From positions 73,490-137,489 of the forward strand of contig JADJMG010000010.1 in NCBI GenBank assembly GCA_016709725.1: a stretch of 64,000 nt of DNA, read 5' to 3'. The DNA comes from Bacteroidota bacterium (GTDB lineage: Bacteria > Bacteroidota > Bacteroidia > AKYH767-A > OLB10). Below the pieces are notes generated by a model, which was given only the letters and a program-made list of their open reading frames with translations, was not told the origin of the DNA and did not search any database. Shown one piece after another: positions 7,935 to 17,902 of this stretch. Position 1 is the stretch's first letter. The number at the start of each line of letters is the position of its first letter. The position numbers and the translations under genes were made by a program.

Positions 7935-10900
7935 ATGAAAACACCCATGCGTCTTTTATCCACACTCCTAATTATTATTTTCAGTTGCCAGTTTACAGTT
8001 GCTTCTACATGGACACCCTTAGCAACTTCGAAAGCGACGAAGTCCAAGCCTCAAATAATTCAATCAAACATTACCTCGAGTACGGTAAAGCTAACATTGA
8101 ATGGATTTTATTTAAAGGAAGTGAGCACATCAAAAGGTGCGGCCTTCTTGTTAAGTAGTCCTGGTGCCAGCCCCATGTTAAAAGAAGGTGCTCCTGATTT
8201 GCCTTTGTTTTCTGCTTCTTTAGTCATTCCCGATCAAGGACAAATGACACTGCAAGTGACTAGCTCACATTATGTGGATTATCCCAACGTAGAACTTGCT
8301 CCCTCAAAAGGAAATGTAAAACGAGATGTGAATATTGCGGATATGCCTTACCGTTATGGAAAGGAATATCAGAATGATGCTTTTTATCCATCCGATGTTA
8401 TTGCTTCTAGAATTCCACATATTTTTAGAGATTACCGCGGACAAACAATCTTGTTTCAACCTTTTCAATATAATCCTGTTTCCAAAGTGTTACGTGTGTA
8501 TACAGAGATTACCGTTCAACTCATCCATGCACCCAGTAAAATTGGAACCAATGAATTAGTGCGTGCAAAACCCTTATCAAAACTCGATGCTAATTTTGCG
8601 ACTTTGTATAAAAACCATTTCGATAATTTCCCATCTGTAACGTATGTTCCGTTAACTGAAACAGGTAAAATGTTGGTGATTTGTCCTGATTCATGGCTTT
8701 CCGTTATTCAACCTTTAGTAGATTGGAAAATTCGTAAAGGCATTGAAGTGGAAGTGGTCGATGTTCTTACTGCGGGTGGAACTGCATCAAATATACAAGC
8801 ATTTATCGCCAATAAATTCAGTAATAACGGTATCGCCTATGTGCTGTTGGTAGGTGATGCACCTCAGCTTCCTTGTCTATACGCTCAAGGTGGTGCATCG
8901 GATCCGAGTATGGGTTATGTGCTCGGTAGCGATTCCTATCCCGAAGTAATGATTGGACGATTATCGGCTGAAACAGATCCTGAATTACAAACGCAAGTAG
9001 ATCGCATCTTAACTTATGAAATGAATCCGAATCCTGCAGGTACTTGGTACAATCAAGGGGTTGTTATCGGAAGTAATCAAGGACCTGGAGACGATGGTGA
9101 AATGGACTGGGAACATGCAGTAAACATGCGTACTGATTTATTAGGATTTACCTATGGAAATGTTTCTGAATTATACGATGGTACACATCCAGGAACGAGT
9201 GACGCTCCCGGTGATCCTTCCAATACAGATCTCTTTGATTTATTTCAAAGCGGTATCGGTTTAATGACTTATACGGGACATGGAAGTAGTACTGCGTGTT
9301 CTACTACAGGCTTATCCAATAACGATGTGGCCAATATGACGAACGAAAATATGCTACCTTTTATATGGGCAGTTGCATGCGTGAATGGAGAGTTTGATAT
9401 GGCAAGTGGTCCTTGTTTCGCTGAAAAATTTATGAGAGCGCAGCACAATGGTCAACCTACAGGAGCTATTGGAACCTTTATGTCATCCATCAACCAAAGT
9501 TGGAATCCTCCGATGGATGCGCAAGATGAAATGGTTGATATTTTAATACAGAGTTATTCGAATAATATGAAATTTACTTTTGCTGGACTTTCCATTGCTG
9601 GATGTATGCAAATGAATGACAATTATGGTGCAGCAGGAGATGAAATGACCGATACTTGGCATATTTTCGGGGACCCTACTTTAAATGTTCGTACAGCAAC
9701 ACCTCAAGTAATGACGGTAAGCCATGCCGGTAGTATGCCCATGGGTTTGACCACGCTCAATGTTAATTGTAATTTTAATGGAGGTTTAGTGGCTTTGTCG
9801 ATGAATGGTCAAGTCCTCGGTACTGGATTAGTTAATGGAGGATCTGCTCAAATCAGTTTCCCTGCCATTACTTCACCCGATACCTTATTTGTAACTGTAA
9901 CTGGTTTTAATCAGATTCCATACCTGGGTCAAGTTTTGGTTATTCCATCTTCTGGTCCTTATGTAATTTATCAAAGCAGCACAGTTCATGATAATTTAGG
10001 TAACAACGACGGATTAGTTGATTTCGATGAAACCATCAATGTTGATTTAGATGTAGAAAATGTGGGTATCGCAGATGCAAATAATGTGACAGCGACCTTG
10101 ACAACCATTGATCCATATATTACCATAATCAACGCATCAGCCACAGTTGGCAATGTTGTTTCTGGTGGATCAATAGCTGTTGCCAATGCATTTCAATATA
10201 CCGTAGCCAATAACATTCCTGATCAGCATATCGTTCAATTTGTGGTTCTGTTAAGCGATGGACTTGGAAATTCATGGTCTTCTTCGTTTACTCAGTTAGT
10301 GAATGCTCCCGATTTAGCAGGAGGAATATTAACCATTGATGATGCCATAGGCGGAGATGGAGATGGTATGTTGGAAGCAGGTGAAACAGCTACTGTAATG
10401 ATACGTTGCTTGAATAACGGACATAGTGATGCTCCTCTCTCATCAGCAGTGCTAAGTACGATTAGTTCGTTTGTAAATATTAGTGTTCCTACTTTTAATG
10501 TTGGTCTTCTTCAAAAACAGAATTATGTTGATGCAAGTTTCACAGTTGGTATGCTTAATAATGTCGCAATTGGAACTAATTATGATTTAACATTGGATTT
10601 AAGTTCTGGCGGTTATCTGGCTAATAAATTATATATGGGTAGTGCTGGATTAATTTTAGAAGATTTTGAAACCAACAATTTCAATAAATTTAGCTGGACC
10701 ATGGGAGGTAACGAGCCATGGATCATCAGTACAAGCATGCCATTTGAAGGGAATTATTGTGCAACAAATGATAATATTAATGATAGCGAAAGCAGTGAAT
10801 TAATTTTAAGCATCACAGTAATGATTGATGACTCGGTGACGTTCTGGTATAAAATGTCAAGTGAACAGGATTGGGACTATTTACGCTATACAGAAGATGG

Positions 10901-11348
10901 AAATGAATTAGGTGCTTGGAGTGGAATTACATCTTGGTTATATGCGGGATTCCCTATTACATCTGGATCACATACGTTGAAATGGAACTATGATAAAGAT
11001 TCTGATTTCAGTGCAGGTACCGACCAGGCATGGTTAGACAATATTCGTTTGCCTTTTGGAACACAGATTACCAGCGTTGCTCAGGTAACTCGTCAACATG
11101 GAATTGCTGTATGGCCAAATCCAACTACCGAATATTTAAATGTTTCAATTAAGGAAACAAACGAACAATCCATTTCATGGCGTTTACAAGATCTTAGTGG
11201 TAGAGAGGTTCAATCGGGTGTCCAACAACAAAATTTCAACTCGAATGATGTATTTACCATCAATGTAAAAGGCTTATCGTCGGGAATGTATATTTTGAAT
11301 CTTTCGAATGCATCCATGCAAAAGAGTGTGAAGGTGAATGTGAATTAA
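7935..11348 (+). CDS. Peptidase C25 (gingipain-like cysteine protease) with a T9SS type A C-terminal sorting domain
   Basis: 1137 aa with a signal peptide. C25-type catalytic context YTGHGSSTAC (His) and FIWAVACVNGEF (Cys), plus YVLLVGDAPQLP. The C-terminus WPNPTTEYLNVSI...GMYILNLSN...VKVNVN is typical of Por_Secre_tail. Confidence 0.9.
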   Translation: MKTPMRLLSTLLIIIFSCQFTVASTWTPLATSKATKSKPQIIQSNITSSTVKLTLNGFYLKEVSTSKGAAFLLSSPGASPMLKEGAPDLPLFSASLVIPDQGQMTLQVTSSHYVDYPNVELAPSKGNVKRDVNIADMPYRYGKEYQNDAFYPSDVIASRIPHIFRDYRGQTILFQPFQYNPVSKVLRVYTEITVQLIHAPSKIGTNELVRAKPLSKLDANFATLYKNHFDNFPSVTYVPLTETGKMLVICPDSWLSVIQPLVDWKIRKGIEVEVVDVLTAGGTASNIQAFIANKFSNNGIAYVLLVGDAPQLPCLYAQGGASDPSMGYVLGSDSYPEVMIGRLSAETDPELQTQVDRILTYEMNPNPAGTWYNQGVVIGSNQGPGDDGEMDWEHAVNMRTDLLGFTYGNVSELYDGTHPGTSDAPGDPSNTDLFDLFQSGIGLMTYTGHGSSTACSTTGLSNNDVANMTNENMLPFIWAVACVNGEFDMASGPCFAEKFMRAQHNGQPTGAIGTFMSSINQSWNPPMDAQDEMVDILIQSYSNNMKFTFAGLSIAGCMQMNDNYGAAGDEMTDTWHIFGDPTLNVRTATPQVMTVSHAGSMPMGLTTLNVNCNFNGGLVALSMNGQVLGTGLVNGGSAQISFPAITSPDTLFVTVTGFNQIPYLGQVLVIPSSGPYVIYQSSTVHDNLGNNDGLVDFDETINVDLDVENVGIADANNVTATLTTIDPYITIINASATVGNVVSGGSIAVANAFQYTVANNIPDQHIVQFVVLLSDGLGNSWSSSFTQLVNAPDLAGGILTIDDAIGGDGDGMLEAGETATVMIRCLNNGHSDAPLSSAVLSTISSFVNISVPTFNVGLLQKQNYVDASFTVGMLNNVAIGTNYDLTLDLSSGGYLANKLYMGSAGLILEDFETNNFNKFSWTMGGNEPWIISTSMPFEGNYCATNDNINDSESSELILSITVMIDDSVTFWYKMSSEQDWDYLRYTEDGNELGAWSGITSWLYAGFPITSGSHTLKWNYDKDSDFSAGTDQAWLDNIRLPFGTQITSVAQVTRQHGIAVWPNPTTEYLNVSIKETNEQSISWRLQDLSGREVQSGVQQQNFNSNDVFTINVKGLSSGMYILNLSNASMQKSVKVNVN

Positions 11349-11435
11349 ATTTTCACTATTTGCACGATAATTGTATTTGCTGTTGAATTAAATGTAATGA
11401 TTCAACCTTAAAATATTTATTGAAGTTTTAATTTA

Positions 11436-11481
11436 GAAAAAAATAAGGATTTATCTTTTAAGATAAATCCTTATTTTTTAT
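11436..11481. terminator. Bidirectional rho-independent terminator between convergent genes
   Basis: Perfect 15-bp arms ATAAGGATTTATCTT / AAGATAAATCCTTAT, flanked by an A-run upstream and a T-run downstream. Confidence 0.75.
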
Positions 11482-11509
11482 TGCATGAGTTTATTAAACA
11501 GCTTGTTGT

Positions 11510-12848
11510 TTATTCGTTCAATTGAATAGCTACAATATTTCTTCCAATCTGTTTTCCACATGAGATTCCTTTTTCATTTCCGCTTCTGTAGTGAATTCCA
11601 CCATATAATCGTGAACTCGCTGCTTCTTCTGCAGCGTGATAAAAGTTATTAAAACTCCGAGATGGCAAGCCATATTCTGCATTGGTGTAATCTGTAAAGT
11701 TTCGGTTGGATCCAAAGAAGTAAGTAAGCACTTCACTAGTGGCGCCAGATACCGAACTATGCCCACTTGTATATTCTGGAAAGGGAGGTGTTGTTATTAA
11801 GGGGTCCAGGATGCATCAATATTTTCTGAATATAAGTTACAGGCCGAAGTAAGCTATAATTGTATTTCGCTTTCCAGCAAGCAATAAAAGCATCGTTTAC
11901 TGCCAATCCCATTCGTAAGTAAATTTCCGCAGCTTTATCAAGTTTCAGGTTGTCTTCTTTTATTAGTTGTGTTGTGATATTCATTAAATGTCCAGGCGGA
12001 GTGTATGTGTTAGATCCATCTGCCCAAAACAGTGCAATCTCACGTTGATCTTGCGTTAAGTTTTGAGAAACCGTATACACTTCCATTCCTTCTTGGTAAA
12101 ATTGAGAAGAAGCTTCTGTGGAATATGGCAACGGAGCAGGAGGCATACACGCACTACTTATACTGGAAGTTAAGAAAGGACGATTATTACCCCAATAAGG
12201 TAACAACGGAATAGGTTGAAACGCAGGAGGAGTCGGCTCCCACATTCCCAACCCGCTTGGTGTTATATATGAAGTGGGAAATAAATTATTGAAAGCTTGA
12301 GATCCATTATCGCTATTACTCCAAATAGTTATTGCATCAGCAACTTCAGCGCCATAACTTTCAGAAAGGTTAATGATGTCTTCAGATTCGTTTTCTCCGA
12401 TGCTTGATCTTAAAGCCAGATAAAGCGAATCTATACGAGCAATGTTATCGCTATTGGTTGTGGGAAACAACGTTTTTATACTTTGATAGTAAGCTGCGTT
12501 CGCTACCAATGACCAATTGTATTTTTTTGAATTATTTGCCTGAGGAAGGTTGTATGAGTAGTTCATTACTTCGTCCATGCTTCTTTTTCCTTCCATGCCG
12601 GGTGAAATAGCTTCATAAGCTGCAAGATTGACATAGCCTAAGGATCTTGCTGCTACGGGAGGCACAAACCCGTTTGTTGTTTTGATTAATTTGGTTTCAA
12701 GCTGATTCCATTGCGTGGCTACATCCGCAGAATAAATGCTTGCGTCTGGGCTCAACGTAGCAGGTAATTGGTCTTCATCTTTTTTGCATGAACTAATTGT
12801 GATAGCAAGCAAACTGTATCCTAATAGCAATCTGAATGGTTTGATCAT
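11510..12848 (-). pseudogene. Vanadium-haloperoxidase-like / PAP2-superfamily lipoprotein, frame-broken near the C-terminus
   Basis: Lipobox LAITISSC. The K-x6-RP motif (KYNYSLLRP) is in the 363-aa segment. PEYTSGHS and SRLYGGIHYRSG are in a different frame (11510..about 11797). Adding 1 nt to the T4 run at 11822..11825 and 1 nt to AA at 11799..11800 (plus-strand coordinates) restores YIQKNIDASWTPLITTPPFPEYTSGHS. Confidence 0.75.
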
Positions 12849-13321
12849 TTAAAGATATTTTTTGTGTTTTATGAAATGGGAAATTACCCGAGTCAGCAGC
12901 GTTTTCAAATTAGAATTAGATAGATGAAGCCCTGAATTGGGTGAAAATGATGATCTGAAGGGTCAATTGAGTCCTAAGATTAGAAAATATGTTGCCTTTA
13001 TGAGGGATGTTTAAATGAGGCTTGTATTATTGATATTAAGATGTTGAGTTAATCTACAAATAAGTGTAAATCATAAACAATGCCTATTGCAGAAAAATTC
13101 GTGTAAAGTTGGTGAAAAGGATCTATGTTCTTTCAAGGGTGTTTATGGGCTTGAAGTAAGATATAACCAATTCTTTATTGATTCGGAAATTGCATCTGAA
13201 AGTTTTGATACATAAAATATGTGTATTATGTAAATCTAACCTAAAATTGTGTAAGTACTTTCTGAATTTTAAGGTTCATCTTTGCTTATTGAATTAAATT
13301 CATTCACCTAATCAATAAACA

Positions 13322-13642
13322 ATGAAAAAATTAATAATGTGTATGCTTATTGTAGTCAATACATTCACTTTGCTTCCCGCAAGTATAAATGCAAATGGAG
13401 GGAAAATTGTCGATTCATTGACGATTACGCAGCCAATTGATTCTTCTAACTCTAAGGAGTTATTAGCTCGATTAGAAGAAATCAAAGCGATGGATATGTC
13501 GGCGATGAGCCGAGTAGAAAAAAAAGAACTTCGAAAAGAAGTGAGAGCAACGAAGAAACAGTTGAGAGAAAATGATGGTGGTATTTATCTTTCCGTAGGA
13601 GCAATCATTATCATTGTTTTACTACTTATCATTTTGTTATAG
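13322..13642 (+). CDS. Hypothetical small protein with a signal peptide and a C-terminal transmembrane anchor
   Basis: 106 aa. N-terminal signal, charged coiled-coil-like middle (KKELRKEVRATKKQLREN) and a C-terminal hydrophobic tail GAIIIIVLLLIILL. Confidence 0.55.
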   Translation: MKKLIMCMLIVVNTFTLLPASINANGGKIVDSLTITQPIDSSNSKELLARLEEIKAMDMSAMSRVEKKELRKEVRATKKQLRENDGGIYLSVGAIIIIVLLLIILL

Positions 13643-14236
13643 ACAGAAAGTTAATTTGAAATTATAATTTCAATGAAAGATATAGCTCAATTTTTTGAGC
13701 TATATTCATTACTAAAACTATTTTATATTCTTCAGTTTTTTTCAGATGGATTTAAAAATCCGATCAGTATTCATCGCTCTATTTTTACATAATTTTTTAA
13801 TGCTGATTTGATTCCAATACCAACTATATACGTACTTTTTATTATAATGCCTGAATAGTCAAAATGAATACTTTAGAATAGACTGAAATTTTAGTTGTGA
13901 AGAATCTAAAGTGGCGAGTGTAAGGGTTTATGAACATGTTTTATATTTTATATTTAATCAACTGTGAATTTTGTAACTTTTTTTAAAAGTTATGTAACAT
14001 TTTTTCTAGTGTTCAGGCTCATCTTTGTTATGAATCATAAATACAATCATGATCTAATTTTATTTAGTGAAGTCTTGAGCGATTTGTTAGATTGGCATAA
14101 TAGGTATAGAGAATATGAAAATTTTCCAATCTTCTTTTCATAACCAACGAAATGGTAGGCGAGCTTTTAACCTGTTAATCGCTTGAAGACTTTACTAATT
14201 GGAATGAATGATATAAAATTTTAAAGTAGAATTTGT

Positions 14237-14794
14237 ATGAATAACATAGCAATTATATTAGGCAGCACTCGTCCAAATCGAAATGGGGAAGCCGTGGCAA
14301 AATGGGTGTTTGATTTGGCAAGCAAACGTACAGATGCATCTTATGAGCTTGTAGATGTAAAAGAATTTAATCTTCCCTTATTAGACGAACCCATTCCGGC
14401 CTCGCAAGGAAAATATTCAAAGGAGCATACTAAAAGGTGGGCGGAAAAGATAGACTCTTTCGATGCCTTCATTTTTGTTACGCCAGAGTATAATCACAGT
14501 ATACCAGGAGCCCTTAAAAATGCGATTGATTTTTTATATAAGGAATGGAATAATAAAGTGGCTGGCTTTGTTAGTTACGGAGCCGTAGGAGGGGCAAGAG
14601 CTGTGGAGCATTTGCGTGTCGTGATGGGAGAACTCATGATTGCAGATGTGCGCGAACAAGTAATGTTTTCATTAGCCACCGATTTTGTAAACTACAATGA
14701 GTTTAAACCTGATCTGAAACATAAGGATGGTGTCAATAAAATGTTGGATCAGGTAGTGACGTGGAGTAAGGCCATGAAAGTATTAAGAGATTAA
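14237..14794 (+). CDS. NAD(P)H-dependent FMN reductase family oxidoreductase
   Basis: 185 aa with ILGSTRPNRNGEAVAKW and FVTPEYNHSIPGALKNAIDFL, characteristic of the FMN_red family. Confidence 0.9.
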   Translation: MNNIAIILGSTRPNRNGEAVAKWVFDLASKRTDASYELVDVKEFNLPLLDEPIPASQGKYSKEHTKRWAEKIDSFDAFIFVTPEYNHSIPGALKNAIDFLYKEWNNKVAGFVSYGAVGGARAVEHLRVVMGELMIADVREQVMFSLATDFVNYNEFKPDLKHKDGVNKMLDQVVTWSKAMKVLRD

Positions 14795-14909
14795 AGACAC
14801 AAAATGTGAAAATGGAAGTTCATTATTCCTATGAAATCTATCCTTATTAAAAATAGTTTACTTAAACCAACCGATGTTAGTTTATTCGTTTGTCAAGATG
14901 TTATAGCCA

Positions 14910-15629
14910 TTGAAAGAACTTGAAGATTATAAATGGTTTCCTTCTGTTTTAAGAAATTTTCAAACAGAGTTTATAGGTTATATTGTTGTTGTTTTTGATG
15001 TCTATGATGTTTTTATAAACTACATAAATAAATTGCACCTTCCCATTCTTCCTATGAAGGATTTATGTTCGGGAAGTGGAAAACCTGCCATCGGTATTTT
15101 TAATAAATGCAATTGTTTTAGTAGCCTTACGCTGAGCGATAAATTCCCGAATTCACTGAATAGGGGGGAGAGTATAGTTTTTAATGAAATACGAGCGGAA
15201 GATGTTTTAGAAGTTGAGTTTAAAGAGGGGTCTTATTATACTATGTTTAATTCATTTCATCATTTTAGTGATGATGAAAAGTTGGAAATTTCACAGCGTA
15301 TTCACAAAAATGGATCGGCCGCTTTTTTTGTGGAGATTTTATAACCCACAATACTTTGTATGTTAAAGGTGCTTTTTATTACGATCTTAGGTAGTTTACT
15401 ATTTACTCCATTTGTAAAACCGTTCTCGTATTCTCGTCTGTTTTTTACATATATAATTCCAATCAATCTGTTTACAGTCACTTTTGATGGATTGATGTCG
15501 GTGATGAAGTCAAGATCAATCAAGCAGTATCAAAAGTTATTTTCTGAGAATGATCTTCCCGTAAAAGTATTTCGACTTGAAACTGGATTGAGTTCTCTTA
15601 TCGTAATTCAAATGGGAGTAGATAAATGA
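14910..15629 (+). pseudogene. Class I SAM-dependent methyltransferase-like protein interrupted by an in-frame TAA
   Basis: ORFs 14910..15344 and 15360..15629 are in the same frame. They are separated only by a TAA at 15342..15344 (VEIL*PTILCMLKV). Motif I-like DLCSGSGKPAIGIF. TTG start in the track. Confidence 0.65.
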
Positions 15630-16558
15630 AAGCGATCTTAACACTTTGGAACTTTAGTCGACCTCACACCATCATCGGAAGTGTGATCAGCATTTTCACC
15701 TTGTATTGTATCGTTTGCGAGAATCAAGATTCACACTTCCTTTCTTATTTGTTCATGGCTTTGTGCATTGGAATTACTTGTAATATTTTCATTGTGGGCA
15801 TCAATCAAATTGCCGATGTTAATATTGACAAGATTAATAAACCCGATTTACCCATTCCTTCCGGCGAATTGAGTAAAGAGCACGCAATGACCATTGTAAT
15901 TGCTGCCTTGTTTATTAGTTTGGTATTGGCTTTATTGGTGTCACCTTATCTTTTGGCCATCATTGTGCTGGCTACTTCGATTGGATGGGCTTATTCAATG
16001 CCTCCTCTATATTTGAAACGACATCATTTTACCGCTGCCTTATCAATTGCAACGGTGCGCGGCGTACTCCTGAATTTAGGCGGATTCCTTGTTTTTAATT
16101 ATCTCGTTAATAAAACAATTGAAATTCCAGAGAATGTAAAAATCCTTTCTCTGTTTATCATCGCATTCAGTGTGGTCATCTCGTGGTTCAAAGATTTATC
16201 GGATATGAAAGGCGATGCTGAATTCAAAATTAAAACCTTTGCCCTGGCCTATTCACCCAAAGTAACCTTGATCGTTGGAAATTTATTAGTGGGACTAGCT
16301 TATTTATTTACCATTTACATGAAGTATATAGATTTTTCAATTTCCCAAACACCATCATACAGAACCGAAGTACTCCTTTATGGACACATTATTTTATTTG
16401 CGCTTTTTATCATCAATGCATTTTCAATAAAATTGGTCGATCTTCAATCCATTAAAAATTTTTACAAGCGTTTTTGGGGGTTCTTTTTTGCAGAATATAT
16501 GCTGTATTTGGTGGCTTATGTGGCTACTAGCTACTCGATTCTTGCTGCTAGCTTTTAA
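15626..16558 (+). CDS. UbiA-family aromatic prenyltransferase, homogentisate prenyltransferase-like
   Basis: 310 aa and polytopic. First Asp-rich motif NQIADVNIDKINKPDLPIPSGE and second motif KDLSDMKGDAEFKIKTF resemble the VTE2/HPT-type signatures NQ..D..IDK.NKP.LP..SGE and KD.PD.EGD. Its start overlaps the stop of the methyltransferase (ATGA). Confidence 0.8.
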   Translation: MKAILTLWNFSRPHTIIGSVISIFTLYCIVCENQDSHFLSYLFMALCIGITCNIFIVGINQIADVNIDKINKPDLPIPSGELSKEHAMTIVIAALFISLVLALLVSPYLLAIIVLATSIGWAYSMPPLYLKRHHFTAALSIATVRGVLLNLGGFLVFNYLVNKTIEIPENVKILSLFIIAFSVVISWFKDLSDMKGDAEFKIKTFALAYSPKVTLIVGNLLVGLAYLFTIYMKYIDFSISQTPSYRTEVLLYGHIILFALFIINAFSIKLVDLQSIKNFYKRFWGFFFAEYMLYLVAYVATSYSILAASF

Positions 16559-16652
16559 TCAAACATCAAACATCTAACCCTGCAATATTCCACTACGCCT
16601 GCCTGCAGCAGTCAGGTTTCAATTGCAAGGCAAAGCATCCAACATCCAACTT

Positions 16653-17201
16653 CTAAAATCTAACGTCTAACTTCCCGCGTTCCCCTACAAAATGATCCTT
16701 GTCATCTTTAAATAGAACATTGAACGTAGTTAAACTCCCGTAGATTCTAGTTAAGTATTGTTGCAGATTAATTTTTTCTTCTTCGTTTAAATTTTCACTT
16801 GCATTGATGCGTTGCTCCATCACCCGTAATCGATCGCGAAGCATGATGATTTTATTAAAGAAAGCGTCAATGGGAACTTCCTTAGGCTGTAGCCCTGCTT
16901 GGCCGGGGACTAAGATTATCTTTCCACCTAGCCATTTGTTTCCAAGGGGAACGGTCTCTTGTAAATCGCTATGTTTTTTGATGATATTGGTAAATACACG
17001 CTCTACTTCTGAAAAGGAAATGAGATCCGTATCTGCTTCTACCGCATCAATTATTTCCAACGCATTAAAACTTTTGGAGATTTCTAGTCTTCCTTTTTCA
17101 TTGAATACCACAGTGTAGGTCTTGGGTTTCACGTTGATGACTACTCCAATTCCAAATTCTGGGTGTTTCACCCTCGATCCAATTCCTAATTCTTCGTTCA
17201 T
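16653..17201 (-). CDS. Conserved hypothetical protein
   Basis: I prefer the start at MNEELGIGSRVKHPEFG (17201). The 227-aa track ORF would overlap the divergent tsaC gene. The last codons (KLDVRF) run into the TCTAAC repeat tract. Confidence 0.55.
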   Translation of the reverse strand: MNEELGIGSRVKHPEFGIGVVINVKPKTYTVVFNEKGRLEISKSFNALEIIDAVEADTDLISFSEVERVFTNIIKKHSDLQETVPLGNKWLGGKIILVPGQAGLQPKEVPIDAFFNKIIMLRDRLRVMEQRINASENLNEEEKINLQQYLTRIYGSLTTFNVLFKDDKDHFVGERGKLDVRF

Positions 17202-17242
17202 ACGTTTATCTTTGCTTGATTGCAAATGTATAAGTTTGATAA

Positions 17243-17860
17243 ATGATTCTGAAAATTCATCCAAAAAATCCTGAACCGCGCAAAATTGCGGAAGTAGTTG
17301 CTGTCCTTGCAAAAGGGGGAGTAGCCATCGTGCCAACGGATACTATTTACGCTTTTGTTTGTGATCTTTCCCAATACAAAGGCTTTGAAAAGATTTGTAG
17401 AATCAAGGGGATAAAGCCAGAAAAAGCGAATTTTTCCCTTCTATGTAAAGATTTGAGCAATATCAGCAATTACACCAAGCCTTTTGATCGCTCGATTTAT
17501 AAGTTGCTTAATAAGGCCCTTCCCGGACCATATACCTTCTTGTTGGAAGCCAGCAATGAAGTTCCGTCCTTGTTTCGCTCTAAGAAGAAGACCATTGGAT
17601 TGCGTGTTCCTGACCATCCCATCATTCAAGAAATTATTGAAGCTTTAGGTCGACCTCTTGTATCTACTTCCTTGCATGATTTAGATGAAATTGTAGAGTA
17701 TCCCAGCGATCCAGAACTCATTGCAGAGCAGTGGGAGTCGGTGGTTGATATCGTGGTGGATGGAGATTTTGGACACATTGTCGCAAGTACTATCATTGAC
17801 TGTACCAGTGGCGAAGCGGTGTTGCTGAGGGAAGGAGCAGGGAGTAGCGATATTTTATAA
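17243..17860 (+). CDS. tsaC: L-threonylcarbamoyladenylate synthase (YrdC/Sua5 family)
   Basis: 205 aa with YrdC-domain signatures GGVAIVPTDTIYAFVCD, LPGPYTFLL and IGLRVPDHP. Confidence 0.9.
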   Translation: MILKIHPKNPEPRKIAEVVAVLAKGGVAIVPTDTIYAFVCDLSQYKGFEKICRIKGIKPEKANFSLLCKDLSNISNYTKPFDRSIYKLLNKALPGPYTFLLEASNEVPSLFRSKKKTIGLRVPDHPIIQEIIEALGRPLVSTSLHDLDEIVEYPSDPELIAEQWESVVDIVVDGDFGHIVASTIIDCTSGEAVLLREGAGSSDIL

Positions 17861-17902
17861 GGTTCATTGAACTTTTCTCATCAAAAATCGTAAAACGAGA
17901 CT

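Noticed and set aside
15342-15344. TAA reassignment or programmed readthrough explaining the two in-frame TAA codons (also at 42085..42087)
   Set aside because: TAA is the normal terminator of many clearly complete genes here, for example at 715, 11348, 14794, 16558, 17860, 18706, 28068 and 28713. Global recoding is therefore not tenable. Local nonsense mutation or base-call error is simpler.
16653-17336. Long 227-aa version of the minus-strand ORF
   Set aside because: The N-terminal 45 codons overlap the divergent tsaC gene and read as non-protein-like sequence. The internal start MNEELGIG at 17201 leaves a normal divergent promoter spacer.
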